A stretch of 64,000 nt of DNA, taken from positions 1,440,001 through 1,504,000 of the forward strand of contig JASGHJ010000002.1 in assembly GCA_047602405.1 (NCBI GenBank). The letters run 5' to 3'. The position numbers were made by a program, and so were the translations under genes. The notes under the pieces were generated by a model. The model was not told the origin of the DNA. It searched no databases and saw only the letters and a program-made list of their open reading frames with translations. This document shows positions 32,242 through 46,076 of the stretch, piece by piece. Each line of letters begins with the position of its first letter. The first letter of the stretch is position 1. This stretch comes from Anaeromyxobacteraceae bacterium (GTDB lineage: Bacteria; Myxococcota; Myxococcia; Myxococcales; Anaeromyxobacteraceae).

Positions 32242-33498
32242 ATGTCCGGAATCCTCGACTTCGTGAAGGGCTGCGTCCGCCAGGTGCTGACGGGCGGCCG
32301 CGCCTACTGGGCGTGGATCGCGCTCCTGTTCGTGATGATCGCGGTGGGCGTCACCGCCTACGTGCACCAGGCCACCACCGGCCTCATCGCGACGAACATG
32401 CGCGATCAGGTCTCCTGGGCGTTCTACATCGGCAACTTCACGTTCCTCGTCGGCGTGGCGGCGGCCGCGGTGCTGCTCGTCGTGCCGGCCTACGTCTACC
32501 AGTGGAAGCCGATCAAGGAGGTCGTCGTCCTCGGCGAGCTCCTCGCGATCTCGGCGCTCATCATGTGCCTCCTGTTCATCACCGCGGACATGGGGCGCCC
32601 GGACCGGGTGACGCACATGATGCCGCTCCTCGGCACGCCCAACTGGCCGCGCTCGATGCTCACCTGGGACGCGCTGGTGCTGAACACGTACCTCGCGGTC
32701 AACCTGGTGCTGGTGGTCTACCTGCTCTTCAAGACCTACCGCGGCCAGTCGTACGACAAGCGGATCTTCCTCCCGCTCGTGCTCCTGTCGATCCCGGTCT
32801 CGATCTCGACGCACACGGTGACGGCGTTCCTCTACAACGGCATGGCCGCCCGCCCGTACTGGAACGCGTCGATCCTGGCCCCGCGCTTCATCGCCTCCGC
32901 GTTCTGCTCGGGGCCGGCGGTGATGATCATCCTCTTCCAGGTGCTCCGGAAGACGAACAAGCTGCCCATCAAGGACGAGGCCATCTGGAAGATCGCCGAG
33001 CTGATGGCGTACGCGATGTTCGTGAACCTGTTCCTGCTGGGCGCCGAGCTCTTCAAGGAGTACTACTCGGCGACCGAGCACCTCCTGTACACGCAGTACA
33101 TGTGGACCGGCATCGGGGAGCACCGCACCCTCGTGCCGTACGCCTGGCTCTCGCTCGCGGCGAGCACGGCGGCGTTCTTCCTGTTCCTCGTCCCGAGGAC
33201 CCGGAAGAACTACGTCACGCTCAACATCGGCGCGCTGCTCATCTGGGCCGGCGCCTACATCGAGAAGGGGATGGGGCTCCTCGTCCCCGGGTTCACCCCC
33301 GACACCCTGGGGGAGATCTACGAGTACTCGCCGTCCTTGACCGAATGGTCCCTCGCGGCGGGCGTCTTCGGCATCGGCTTTTTGGTCTTCACGATCCTCG
33401 TGAAGATCGCGACGCCGATCCTCGTCGGTACGTTCAGGGCCGAGGGGGCCCCCGCCCCTGGCGAGGACCCGCACTCCGCGGCCGCTCCGGCCGCATGA
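32242..33498 (+). CDS. NrfD/DsrP-family membrane quinol oxidoreductase subunit
   Basis: WAFYIGNFTFLVGVAAA, DMGRPDR and HTVTAF motifs; about 10 TM helices. Confidence 0.92.
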   Translation: MSGILDFVKGCVRQVLTGGRAYWAWIALLFVMIAVGVTAYVHQATTGLIATNMRDQVSWAFYIGNFTFLVGVAAAAVLLVVPAYVYQWKPIKEVVVLGELLAISALIMCLLFITADMGRPDRVTHMMPLLGTPNWPRSMLTWDALVLNTYLAVNLVLVVYLLFKTYRGQSYDKRIFLPLVLLSIPVSISTHTVTAFLYNGMAARPYWNASILAPRFIASAFCSGPAVMIILFQVLRKTNKLPIKDEAIWKIAELMAYAMFVNLFLLGAELFKEYYSATEHLLYTQYMWTGIGEHRTLVPYAWLSLAASTAAFFLFLVPRTRKNYVTLNIGALLIWAGAYIEKGMGLLVPGFTPDTLGEIYEYSPSLTEWSLAAGVFGIGFLVFTILVKIATPILVGTFRAEGAPAPGEDPHSAAAPAA

Positions 33499-33544
33499 CG
33501 TGACCCGCGGCAGGGACGCCGCGGGAAAGAAAGGGAAGGACACC

Positions 33545-33856
33545 ATGAAGAAGTTCGCGTTCGGCTTCGCGCTCCTCGCCGTCCTCTCCGTGGGCGCCGC
33601 CCGCGCCGACGATGCGAAGGCGGTCTTCGAGAAGAAGTGCGCCGTGTGCCACGGCAAGGACGGCCACCCGACGCCGATGGGCCAGAAGATGGGGGCGAAG
33701 GACCTGACCTCGCTGGCCGACCCGAAGGCCGACGTCGCCCCGGTCGTCGCGTCGATCACGAACGGCAAGCCGCCCAAGATGCAGGCGTTCAAGGGCAAGC
33801 TGACCGACGCGGAGATCGCCGACCTCGCGAAGTACATCCGCAACGGGATGAAGTAG
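33545..33856 (+). CDS. Monoheme cytochrome c (c6/c553-like)
   Basis: Signal peptide, CAVCH, and distal Met in KMQAF. Confidence 0.9.
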   Translation: MKKFAFGFALLAVLSVGAARADDAKAVFEKKCAVCHGKDGHPTPMGQKMGAKDLTSLADPKADVAPVVASITNGKPPKMQAFKGKLTDAEIADLAKYIRNGMK

Positions 33857-33889
33857 CTCCGGCGGCCTCGGGGCGCCGGGCCCTCGACC

Positions 33890-33912
33890 GGCGGGGTGCG
33901 TGGCACCCCGCC
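33890..33912 (+). terminator. GC hairpin after cytochrome c (possible terminator)
   Basis: GGCGGGGTGC-gtg-GCACCCCGCC; no U-tract. Confidence 0.35.
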
Positions 33913-33920
33913 TCGGTGGT

Positions 33921-35030
33921 ATGTCCCGGCGCCTCGTGAGCCCCGCCGTCGCCCCAGCCCCGGCCTCGCCCCGCCTCGCCGCCCTCGACGCGGCGCGCGC
34001 GCTCGGTGTCGTCGCGATGGTGGTGGGGCACACCCTCGACGCCCTCCTCTCGCCCGCGGCCCGCCTCGAGCCCGCCGTCCAGGCCTACTGGTCCGCGCGC
34101 GGCTTCACGCTGCCGCTCTTCCTGACCGTCTCCGGCTGGGCGGTCGCGATGGCCCTCGGCCGGTCGCGGGCCACGGGGCTCGCGGTCCCGCGCGCGCGCC
34201 TCCCGCGCGTGCTCCTCCTGCTCGCGATCGGCTACGCCCTGCGCTGGCCCGGCTGGGACGCCGCGGGGCTCCGGGCGCTCTCGCCGGCGCCCTGGGCGCA
34301 CCTGCTCGCGTTCGACGCCCTGCACCTCATCGCGCTCTGCCTGCTCGCCGCCGCGCTGGTCTTCGCGCTGCCGCTCCGGACCCGCCCGCGCGCCCTGCTG
34401 TTCCTCGCGCTCGCCGTGCTCGCCGCCTCGCTCGGCCTCACGCCGCCCCGGCCCCTCGTCCCGCCCCCGGAGGCGCTCCCGCGCGGCGCCGCCCTGGCGC
34501 TCGCGCAGGCCGTCGGCGGCTCCTCGCCGTTCCCGCTCGTGCCCTGGGCGGCGCACTTCTTCGTGGGGGCGATCGTGGGGCTCGCCGCGCTCCACGACCC
34601 GCGGCGCACGCTCCGCGCGCTCGCGGCCGGCGGCGCCGCGCTCGTGCTCGCGACCGCCTGGACCGGGGTCGGGACGATGCCCGTCGGCCACCCGCTGCTC
34701 CTCGCCTACCGCACCGGCGTCGTGTCGCTCGCGCTCGCCGCGCTGTTCGCGGTGCCCGCCGGGGTCGCGCGCGCCGTGGCGCCGCTCGGGAAGGCCTCGC
34801 TGGCGGTGTACGCGGTGCACGTGCCGATCGTCTACGGCTGGTCGACGACGCCGGGCCTCGCCTGGCGCGTGGGCCCGGCCCTCGGCCTGCCGGCCGCGCT
34901 CGCCGTGGCGGCCGCCGTGCTCGCCTCGAGCTACGCGCTCACGCTCGCGTGGGGCACGGCGCGTCGCGCGGCGGCCGCGACGCTCGCCCGCGGCCGGGCG
35001 GGCGGAGCGGGTGATCCCGGCGCCGCGTGA
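33921..35030 (+). CDS. Membrane acyltransferase-like protein (DUF1624/HGSNAT-like)
   Basis: RLAALDAARALGVVAMVVGH, FDALHLI, FPLVPW and LGKASLAVYAVH motifs; start codon uncertain. Confidence 0.75.
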   Translation: MSRRLVSPAVAPAPASPRLAALDAARALGVVAMVVGHTLDALLSPAARLEPAVQAYWSARGFTLPLFLTVSGWAVAMALGRSRATGLAVPRARLPRVLLLLAIGYALRWPGWDAAGLRALSPAPWAHLLAFDALHLIALCLLAAALVFALPLRTRPRALLFLALAVLAASLGLTPPRPLVPPPEALPRGAALALAQAVGGSSPFPLVPWAAHFFVGAIVGLAALHDPRRTLRALAAGGAALVLATAWTGVGTMPVGHPLLLAYRTGVVSLALAALFAVPAGVARAVAPLGKASLAVYAVHVPIVYGWSTTPGLAWRVGPALGLPAALAVAAAVLASSYALTLAWGTARRAAAATLARGRAGGAGDPGAA

Positions 35031-35069
35031 GGCGTGGCGGGCCGGCGGGCGCTCGGGTAGCTTGCGCGG

Positions 35070-36752
35070 ATGCCGCGCGCCCCGCTCCTCCCGGTCACGT
35101 TGCTCGCGTCGCTCCTCGCCGCGCCCCCGGCGCGCGCCGCCGAGGCCCCCGGGCGACCGGGCGCGCCCGTGGCGGTCGCGATCGTCGTCGACCAGCTCGG
35201 CGGCTGGCTCGCGGCGGAGCGGTGGCCCGCGCTGCCCGGGGACGGCGGGTTCGCGCGCCTCCGGCGAGAGGGCGCGTGGGTGCGGCAGCTGGAGTACCTG
35301 CACGCGAACACCGAGACCGCGCCCGGCCACGCCTCGCTCTTCACCGGGCGCACGCCGCGCGAGCACGGCATCCTCGCGAACGAGGTCGTCCGGGAGGATT
35401 TGCCGGGCAGGCCCCGGGGCTCGCTCCTCGAGGACCCGGCCACGCGCCTCGTGGGCGTGGCGAAGGAGCCCCCGGGGATCTCGCTCGCCCGGCTCGACGG
35501 CGACACGCTCGCGGACGCGCTCGTCGCCCGGGACCCGGCCGCCGTGGTGGTGGCGCTCTCCCAGAAGGACCGCGGCTCGCTGTTCGCCGCGGGCCGGCGG
35601 CCGCGGCTCGCGGCCTGGCTGGACCGCGACGGGAAGGGCGGCGCCGCCTGGGTGACCACGAGCGCATACCCGCCGCTGCCGGCCTGGCTCGTCGCCACCG
35701 CGCCCGACGTCACGAAGGCCTCTCCGCTCACCTGGGACCTCTCCGACCGCGGCTGGGTCGCCTCCCACGCCGGGACGCCCGACGACGCGCCCGGCGAGGA
35801 TGCGTCGGCGTGGGGCAGTCCCCGCTTCCCGCACGCGCTCGCGTCGGCCGTGGACGGCTGGCGCGCGTACCGGGCCGCGCCGTTCTCGAACGACCTCGTC
35901 GTCGACGCCGGCCTCGCGGCCGTGGCGCAGGTCCGCGATCCGGCGCACCCGATGCTGCTGTCCCTCTCGCTCTCCGGGCTCGACTACGTCGGGCACGCCT
36001 TCGGCACCGACTCCTGGGAGCACTGGGACGCGCTCCTCCGGCTCGACCGCACCCTCGCGCGGCTCCTCGACGGCCTCGATCGCGCGGTGGGGAAGGGCAG
36101 GTACACGGTCGTCCTCTCCGGCGACCACGGCATGGGCCCGATGCCGGAGGCGGTCCGCGCCCACCCGGCCGCGGCGTGCGGCGCGAGGGACCGCTGGGAG
36201 CGGCCCTGCGCGCCCGGCGCGCGCGTGCAGCTCGAGCCGGTGCGGGCGGCGCTCGACGCCGCGGTCGCGCGGGCGCTCGGCGCCCGGGGGGCGCCGGCGG
36301 GCCGGTACGTCGAGCGCTTCGTGGATCCGCTCGTCTGGCTCGGGCCGGAGGCCCTCGCCGCGCTCCCGGGCGCGCGCGGGACGATCGAGGCCGCGCTCGT
36401 GGAGGCGGCCGGGCGGATCCCGGGGGTCGCCGGCGCGTTCCCGGTCCACGAGGGGCCGTGCCCGGCGCCCGCGGACACCTCGCTCGCGGCGCTCGCGTGC
36501 CGTTCCACCCGGCCGGGGGTGGGCTTCGCGTACCTCGCCCTCGCGCCCGGCGCGAGCTTCGGGTACGAGGACGGCATGGGCCACGGGTCGCCGTGGCGCT
36601 ACGACCGGGCGGTGCCGCTCCTCGCCTCCGGCCCGGGGATCGCCCGCGGGAAGGCGATCGAGCGCGGCACCTTCGGGAGCTACCGCGCGACGCTCTGGTG
36701 GGCGCTCACCGGCGAGGCGAGCCCCGACCCGTACGGCGGGGTGGTCCGGTAG
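35070..36752 (+). CDS. Alkaline phosphatase superfamily protein (PafA-like)
   Basis: Signal peptide; VVDQL, TAPGHASLFTG, DYVGHAFG, SGDHG, HGSP and VPL motifs. Confidence 0.88.
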   Translation: MPRAPLLPVTLLASLLAAPPARAAEAPGRPGAPVAVAIVVDQLGGWLAAERWPALPGDGGFARLRREGAWVRQLEYLHANTETAPGHASLFTGRTPREHGILANEVVREDLPGRPRGSLLEDPATRLVGVAKEPPGISLARLDGDTLADALVARDPAAVVVALSQKDRGSLFAAGRRPRLAAWLDRDGKGGAAWVTTSAYPPLPAWLVATAPDVTKASPLTWDLSDRGWVASHAGTPDDAPGEDASAWGSPRFPHALASAVDGWRAYRAAPFSNDLVVDAGLAAVAQVRDPAHPMLLSLSLSGLDYVGHAFGTDSWEHWDALLRLDRTLARLLDGLDRAVGKGRYTVVLSGDHGMGPMPEAVRAHPAAACGARDRWERPCAPGARVQLEPVRAALDAAVARALGARGAPAGRYVERFVDPLVWLGPEALAALPGARGTIEAALVEAAGRIPGVAGAFPVHEGPCPAPADTSLAALACRSTRPGVGFAYLALAPGASFGYEDGMGHGSPWRYDRAVPLLASGPGIARGKAIERGTFGSYRATLWWALTGEASPDPYGGVVR

Positions 36753-40435
<3,683 letters not shown>

Positions 40436-40456
40436 CTAGCACGCCCCGCGCCCGCG

Positions 40457-41662
40457 CTACATCCGGTACCGCCGCACCGCCTCGCCGAGCCGCTTCGAGA
40501 CCTCGGTGAGCGCGAGCGTGCCGGACTCGATCTTCCGGGTGCCCTCGGCGCTCTCGTGGATTGCGCGGGAGAGCTCGGTGATGGCCGAGACCATCTGGTC
40601 GACGCCGATGGTCTGCTGGCGGGTGTTGTTGGCGATCTGGCGCGCGGCGACGGCGGACTCGCGGATGACGGTCGCGAGCCCCTCGATGGCCTCGCCGGCG
40701 CTCCGGGCGAGCGCCATCGCGCCGCCGGCGCGCTTCGAGCCCTCGTCGGTCGCGGCGGCGGCCTCGCGGGCGCTGCGCTGGATCTCCTGGAGGATGGCGC
40801 GGATCTGCACCGCCGCCTGCTTCGACTGCTCGGCGAGGTTGCGCATCTCCATCGCGACCACGGCGAAGCCGCGCCCGTGCTCGCCCGCCTTGGTCGCCTC
40901 GATGGAGGCGTTGAGCGCGAGGAGGTTCGACTGCTCGGCGAGATCCTTCACCGAGGTGATGATCTCGCCCACCTGCAGCGTGCGCTCGGCGAGCCCGGAC
41001 ATCGTCGCCGCGATCCGGTTCACCTGCTCGCCGAGGCTCGCGCTCGCCGACACCGCCTCCTCGACCGTCTCGAGGCCGGCGTGGGAGAGCTCGTCGGACC
41101 GCTTCGTCATCTCGATGACCGAGTCGGCGTGCTGGGTGGCCTGCTTGGAGGTCTGGCTGATCTCGAGGGCGGTGGTGGAGGTCTCGGTGATGGCCGCCGC
41201 CTGCTCGGCCGACATCGCGGCCTGGCGGGAGAGCGAGCCGAGGATGTCGTGGGCGCCCTGATCGAGCGCCTGCGAGGACTGGCGGAGGTCGCCGAGCGTC
41301 GCCTGGAGCTGCTCGATCATCGCCGCGAAGGAGGCCGCGAGGTCGGCCACCTCGGCGGTCCCCTCGGTCCCGACCCGCGCGGTGAGGTCGCCGGCGGCGA
41401 CGGCCGCCGCGGCGTTGCGGAGATCCTCGAGCGGCCCGGTCACGCGCCGGGCGAGGATCCAGGCGGCGAGCGTGGCGGCCGCGCAGGAGGCGACCGCCAC
41501 GGCGACGGAAGACCAGAGCGCGCCGTCCGAGACCCCGCCCGCGGAGGCGAGCCGGATGGCGAGCTGGATCGCGGAGGCGAACGCCGCGGCGAGGGCGGCG
41601 AGGCCGGCGATGCGGAAGCGGAGGCCCAGGCGGCGGCCGGCGGGCACGGCGGAGGACGCCAT
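40457..41662 (-). CDS. Methyl-accepting chemotaxis protein (minimal periplasmic loop)
   Basis: Two closely spaced TMs, HAMP, and [30 protein letters not shown]. Confidence 0.92.
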   Translation of the reverse strand: MASSAVPAGRRLGLRFRIAGLAALAAAFASAIQLAIRLASAGGVSDGALWSSVAVAVASCAAATLAAWILARRVTGPLEDLRNAAAAVAAGDLTARVGTEGTAEVADLAASFAAMIEQLQATLGDLRQSSQALDQGAHDILGSLSRQAAMSAEQAAAITETSTTALEISQTSKQATQHADSVIEMTKRSDELSHAGLETVEEAVSASASLGEQVNRIAATMSGLAERTLQVGEIITSVKDLAEQSNLLALNASIEATKAGEHGRGFAVVAMEMRNLAEQSKQAAVQIRAILQEIQRSAREAAAATDEGSKRAGGAMALARSAGEAIEGLATVIRESAVAARQIANNTRQQTIGVDQMVSAITELSRAIHESAEGTRKIESGTLALTEVSKRLGEAVRRYRM

Positions 41663-41723
41663 GCCCGCCCTTCTACCAGGGCCGGACCCCGCCCGGAAGT
41701 TCGAGACCGCGCCGGACGGGTCC

Positions 41724-43199
41724 TCAGGGCAGGACGCGGAGCGCGGCCGCCCCGGCGCCGGTCGCCACGTGGAGCGTGGGCGGGTTCGCCATCCGGTCCA
41801 CCTCGAGCGACTGCACGTCGTCGGAGGGCAAGAGGCCGTTCGCCGCGTTCACCGGCGCGGAGGTGCCCTTCGCCGGGTCCCAGATCACGACGCCGGTGCG
41901 CGCGCCGGCGAGGGCGAGGCGCCCGTCGGGCAGGCAGGCCAGGTCCTGCACCCCCGCCTCCGCGAGCCCCGCCGCCGAGGGCGGGTAGGGGGTGAGCGTG
42001 CGGCCGTCCCAGACCGCGATGGCGTGGCCGAGGTCGCGGGCGAGCCCGTCCTGGACGCCGGTGCTCGCGAACCAGACCCGGCCGTCCGGGCAGACGCTGA
42101 CCGCCGAGAGGTGCACCTCGTGGCCCTCCTTCGCGACCTCGAAGATGGGCGTGCTCCCGCCGCCGCCCGGCCCGTAGTACGGGTCGCCGAAGGCCGCCGC
42201 GAACGCGGCGCCGTCCCGGAAGTGCCAGTTGGCGGGGTCGGGGTCCCAGGTGATGAGGCCGGCGGTCCACTTCCCCGCGTGCCAGAGCGCGCCGTGCGCG
42301 TCGACGTCGAGCCCCATCCAGTCGCCCATCCGGGAGTCCTCGCGCACCGCGCACGCGACCTCGAAGCAGACGCGCGCGTGGAGGTGGTCGCCCATGTACT
42401 CCTTCTGCTGCGCGTCGAACCACTCGCCCGGGAGCGGCGCCCGCCACTTGTCGGGGAAGAGGATGTCCACGCCGTGCTCGGTCGCGGCGTAGAGCGTCCC
42501 CCGGTTCACGAAGTGGTCGAAGGCCATCCGGTTCACGGTCCGATCGTGCCAGTACTTCCCGCCCATCCCGGTGGTCGCGAGGTTGAAGCGGATCACCTTC
42601 AGGGTGCCGTCGGGCTGCAGCCGGACCCAGTCGATCTTGCCGGTGTGGCGGAGCGGATCGCAGTCGTCCCACTCCTGGCCGGCCTGGCAGAGGAGCGGAT
42701 CGGTGTGGGCGCCCCAGTAGCCCACGAAGACCTCGCCGGCGCGGCCGCCCTCCACCGAGCGGATGCCCGGGTCCACCGCGGCGCCGCTCGAGAGGGAGCC
42801 GCCGGCGCACGCCTCGCCCGGCTGCAGCTCCCGGTTGTCGCAGTACCGGGCGGGGTTCGACTGCAGGTGAAGCCCGTCCGCGGCGTCGTAGCGCCGCGCG
42901 GCCGTCTCGCCGGGCTTCACGAGGTAGAGCGCCGACTCCGTCGCGATCCACCGGTTCTGGGCCTCGTCGGTGGTGAGCCCCACGACCGGGTGTTCCCGGA
43001 TGCCCTGGGCATCGCCGTAGGTGACGTTCGCGACGTCCCACGGGCCCTTCGTCCCGAAGGTGAAGCCGCCGCCGCCGGACCCGCCGCCGTCCCCGGGGCC
43101 GTGCCCGCCGCCAGGCCCGCCCGGCTTCGCGGGGTCCGCGCCACACCCCGCGAGCCACACGCCCACCACCGCTCCGACCACCTGCCCGATCCCTCGCAT
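41724..43199 (-). CDS. Hypothetical lipoprotein, probable beta-propeller
   Basis: Lipobox WLAGC, Gly linker, repeated DxxGxxW-type blades; Cys/Trp-rich; GC3-biased frame. Confidence 0.7.
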   Translation of the reverse strand: MRGIGQVVGAVVGVWLAGCGADPAKPGGPGGGHGPGDGGGSGGGGFTFGTKGPWDVANVTYGDAQGIREHPVVGLTTDEAQNRWIATESALYLVKPGETAARRYDAADGLHLQSNPARYCDNRELQPGEACAGGSLSSGAAVDPGIRSVEGGRAGEVFVGYWGAHTDPLLCQAGQEWDDCDPLRHTGKIDWVRLQPDGTLKVIRFNLATTGMGGKYWHDRTVNRMAFDHFVNRGTLYAATEHGVDILFPDKWRAPLPGEWFDAQQKEYMGDHLHARVCFEVACAVREDSRMGDWMGLDVDAHGALWHAGKWTAGLITWDPDPANWHFRDGAAFAAAFGDPYYGPGGGGSTPIFEVAKEGHEVHLSAVSVCPDGRVWFASTGVQDGLARDLGHAIAVWDGRTLTPYPPSAAGLAEAGVQDLACLPDGRLALAGARTGVVIWDPAKGTSAPVNAANGLLPSDDVQSLEVDRMANPPTLHVATGAGAAALRVLP

Positions 43200-43407
43200 C
43201 CCCACCCCCCGTTCGCCCGGTCACCGGGCGGCGCGCCCACGCCATGCGACCGCCGGGCCAGCGGCGAACCGCGCGGAATTGCACCCGGGCGCGTGGAAGC
43301 GGATGGCCACGGAGGGGAAGCGCGCTTCCTCACGGTGGGCGAACGCCGCGCGATCGAGGGACGTGCCGCTCGGTGCGCGGGCGGGCGGCCTTTGCTACCC
43401 TCCCGGT

Positions 43408-44439
43408 ATGCTGCCGCCGCTGCCGCCGCGGATCCCGCTCGCCCGCCTGCCCACGCCGGTCGAGCCGTCGCCGCGGCTGGGCGCGGCGCTCGGCGTCGAC
43501 CTCCTCTACAAGCGGGACGACCTGACCGGGCTCGAGCTGTCCGGCAACAAGGCGCGCAAGCTCGAGTTCCTCGTCGCCGAGGCCGAGGCCGTGGGCGCCG
43601 ACACGCTCGTGACCTGCGGCGGCGTGCAGTCCAACCACTGCCGCGCCACCGCCTTCGCCGCCGCGAAGCGGGGGCTCCGCGCGGTGCTGCTCCTGCGCGT
43701 GCCGGACCCGGCGCACCCGCCCGCGCCGGAGGGCAACGTCGTCCTCGACCGGCTCTCCGGCGCCGAGCTGCGCTACGTCACCGCCGAGGCGTACGGGCGC
43801 CGCGACGAGGTGATGGCCGGGGTCGCGCGGGAGCTCCGCGCCGCGGGGCGGAGGCCCTACGTCATCCCGGAGGGCGGCTCGAGCGCGCTCGGCACCTGGG
43901 GCTACGCGCTCGCCGTGCAGGAGCTCCTCGAGCAGCTCCCGCCGCCATGGCGGGAGGGGCCGCTCACCCTCGCGTACGCGACGGGCTCCGGCGGCACGGC
44001 CGCGGGGGTGGAGCTCGGCGTGCGCCTCGCGGGCTGGCGGCACGCGCACCCGGTCGCCTTCGCCGTCTGCAACGACGCCCCGTACTTCCGCGCCGTGGTC
44101 GGGCGGCTCTGCGCCGAGGCCCGCGCGCGCTGGCCCGAGCTCCCCGAGGTGCCCCCGCAGGAGGTCCGGATCGACGACGGCTTCGTCGGGCCGGGCTACG
44201 CGCAGGCGACCGAGGAGGGGCTCGCCCTGATCCGGCGCGCCGCCCGGGAGGACGGCGTGCTCCTCGATCCGGTCTACACCGGCAAGGCGCTCCTCGGCGT
44301 CGCGGGCCGCGCCCGCCAGCCGGGCGGGCTCCCGTCCCCCCGGGTCGTCCTCTTCCACACCGGCGGGGCGTTCGGGGCGTTCCCCTGGGCCGCCCGGCTG
44401 CTGGCCGATGGCGCCGGGTCCACCGGGGGTGCAACTTGA
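43408..44439 (+). CDS. D-cysteine desulfhydrase/ACC deaminase family PLP enzyme
   Basis: KRDDLTG, SGNKARKLE, QSNHCR, GSGGT, LDPVYTGK and HTGG motifs. Confidence 0.92.
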   Translation: MLPPLPPRIPLARLPTPVEPSPRLGAALGVDLLYKRDDLTGLELSGNKARKLEFLVAEAEAVGADTLVTCGGVQSNHCRATAFAAAKRGLRAVLLLRVPDPAHPPAPEGNVVLDRLSGAELRYVTAEAYGRRDEVMAGVARELRAAGRRPYVIPEGGSSALGTWGYALAVQELLEQLPPPWREGPLTLAYATGSGGTAAGVELGVRLAGWRHAHPVAFAVCNDAPYFRAVVGRLCAEARARWPELPEVPPQEVRIDDGFVGPGYAQATEEGLALIRRAAREDGVLLDPVYTGKALLGVAGRARQPGGLPSPRVVLFHTGGAFGAFPWAARLLADGAGSTGGAT

Positions 44440-44447
44440 AGAACGGC

Positions 44448-45647
44448 ATGGAGCGCACCGGCCTCGTCCTCTCCGGCGGCGGCGCCCGGGCGGCCTACCA
44501 GATCGGCGCGCTGCGGGCGATCCAGGAGATCGTCGGGCCCGGGCAGCTCCCGTTCGACGTCGTGACGGGGCTGTCGGCGGGCGCGATCAACGCCGTCGGC
44601 CTCGCCACGATGGCCGACGACTTCGAGGCGGTGATCGGGCGGCTCACGGAGGTCTGGAGCAACCTCACCCCGGATCAGGTCTTCCGCACCGGCACGTTCC
44701 GGCTCGCGGGCATCGGCTCGCGCTGGATCCGCGATCTCTCGGCGGGCGGGCTCCTGGGCTCCTCCGGGATCAACTACCTCCTCGACCCGGCGCCGCTCCG
44801 GTCGCTCGTCACCTCGGTGATGCCGCTGGGGCGGATGCGGCGGAACCTCCGGGCCGGGCGGGTCCACGCCGTCGCCGTCTCCGCGACGAGCTACCACACC
44901 GGCGCGGGCGTCACCTTCTTCGAGGGCTCCTCCGAGGTGAAGCCGTGGGCCCGCTCGACCCGGCTCGGCGTGCGCTCGCGGATCACCATCGACCACGTCA
45001 TGGCGTCGGCGGCGATCCCGGTCTTCTTCCCGCCGGTGCGGATCGGGGAGCGCTTCTACGGCGACGGGTGCGTGCGGATGAGCCACCCCCTGTCGCCGGC
45101 GATCCACCTCGGCGCCCGGCGCATCGTCGCGGTCACGGTGAAGTACCTCCGCCCGCCGCACGAGACGCGCAGCCGCGAGGCCGAGGACGGCGCCCCGGAC
45201 CCCGCGCTGTCGCTCTCCGACATCGCGGGCGTGCTGCTCAACGCGGTGTTCCTCGACTCGGTCGACTCCGACCTCGAGCGGCTCGACCGCATCAACAAGA
45301 CCCTCGCGCTCGTGCCCGAGGACCGGCGCACGCCCGGTGACGTCGAGCTGCGCGAGATCCCGGTGCTGGTGCTGCGGCCGTCGCTCGACCTCGGGAAGCT
45401 GGCGAAGGACGAGTACCTCCGCTTCCCGCGCATGCTGCGGTTCCTCCTGCGCGGCATCGGCGCGTCCAGCTCGGGCGGGGCCGACCTCCTCTCGTACCTC
45501 GCCTTCGAGCCCTTCTACCTGCGGCGCGTGATGGAGCTCGGGCGCTCCGACACGCTGGCCCGCAGGGACGAGGTCGAGGCGTTCCTGCTCGGCGGCGAGG
45601 CGACGCGGTCCCGCCCGCGCCCGCGGGTGGTCGAGCCGGCGGGGTAG
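44448..45647 (+). CDS. Patatin-like phospholipase
   Basis: LSGGGARAAY, GLSAG, ASAAIP and GDG motifs. Confidence 0.9.
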   Translation: MERTGLVLSGGGARAAYQIGALRAIQEIVGPGQLPFDVVTGLSAGAINAVGLATMADDFEAVIGRLTEVWSNLTPDQVFRTGTFRLAGIGSRWIRDLSAGGLLGSSGINYLLDPAPLRSLVTSVMPLGRMRRNLRAGRVHAVAVSATSYHTGAGVTFFEGSSEVKPWARSTRLGVRSRITIDHVMASAAIPVFFPPVRIGERFYGDGCVRMSHPLSPAIHLGARRIVAVTVKYLRPPHETRSREAEDGAPDPALSLSDIAGVLLNAVFLDSVDSDLERLDRINKTLALVPEDRRTPGDVELREIPVLVLRPSLDLGKLAKDEYLRFPRMLRFLLRGIGASSSGGADLLSYLAFEPFYLRRVMELGRSDTLARRDEVEAFLLGGEATRSRPRPRVVEPAG

Positions 45648-45654
45648 CGTCCGG

Positions 45655-46074
45655 TCAGGGCCGCACCCCGGGCGCCGGCGCGGGCGGCTTCGAAGCCGGC
45701 TCCTGGTGGAGCTCGATCCGGCCGCGCCGGGCGCTCCCCTCCGGGCCGGCCTCGGCCGCGAGGTAGACCGGCCGCGCGGACGGCGCCATCGCGAGGCTGT
45801 CCTTGTTGCAGACCTCCACGCACACCCCGCAGGCGACGCAGCGCAGGTGCTCGAGGGCGAAGGTGCGGGCCTCCTTCGAGACCGCGATGGCGGCCGCCGG
45901 GCAGCGGCGAGCGCACAGCCCGCAGAAGACGCAGGACGCGATGTCGACGGCCACGTGGCCGCGGGCCAGCGGCACGGGCGGCCGGACCTCGGCCGGGTAG
46001 CGCCGGGTCGCGGGCCTCGAGACGAGGTTCCTGAGCGCGAGCGGCAGGAGCGGGAGCTTCAGCGGGTTCGCCAT
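45655..46074 (-). CDS. echF: Ech hydrogenase 2x[4Fe-4S] subunit (EchF/NuoI-like)
   Basis: TRRYP, CVFCGLCARRCP and CVACGVCVEVC motifs. Confidence 0.85.
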   Translation of the reverse strand: MANPLKLPLLPLALRNLVSRPATRRYPAEVRPPVPLARGHVAVDIASCVFCGLCARRCPAAAIAVSKEARTFALEHLRCVACGVCVEVCNKDSLAMAPSARPVYLAAEAGPEGSARRGRIELHQEPASKPPAPAPGVRP

Positions 46075-46076
46075 CG

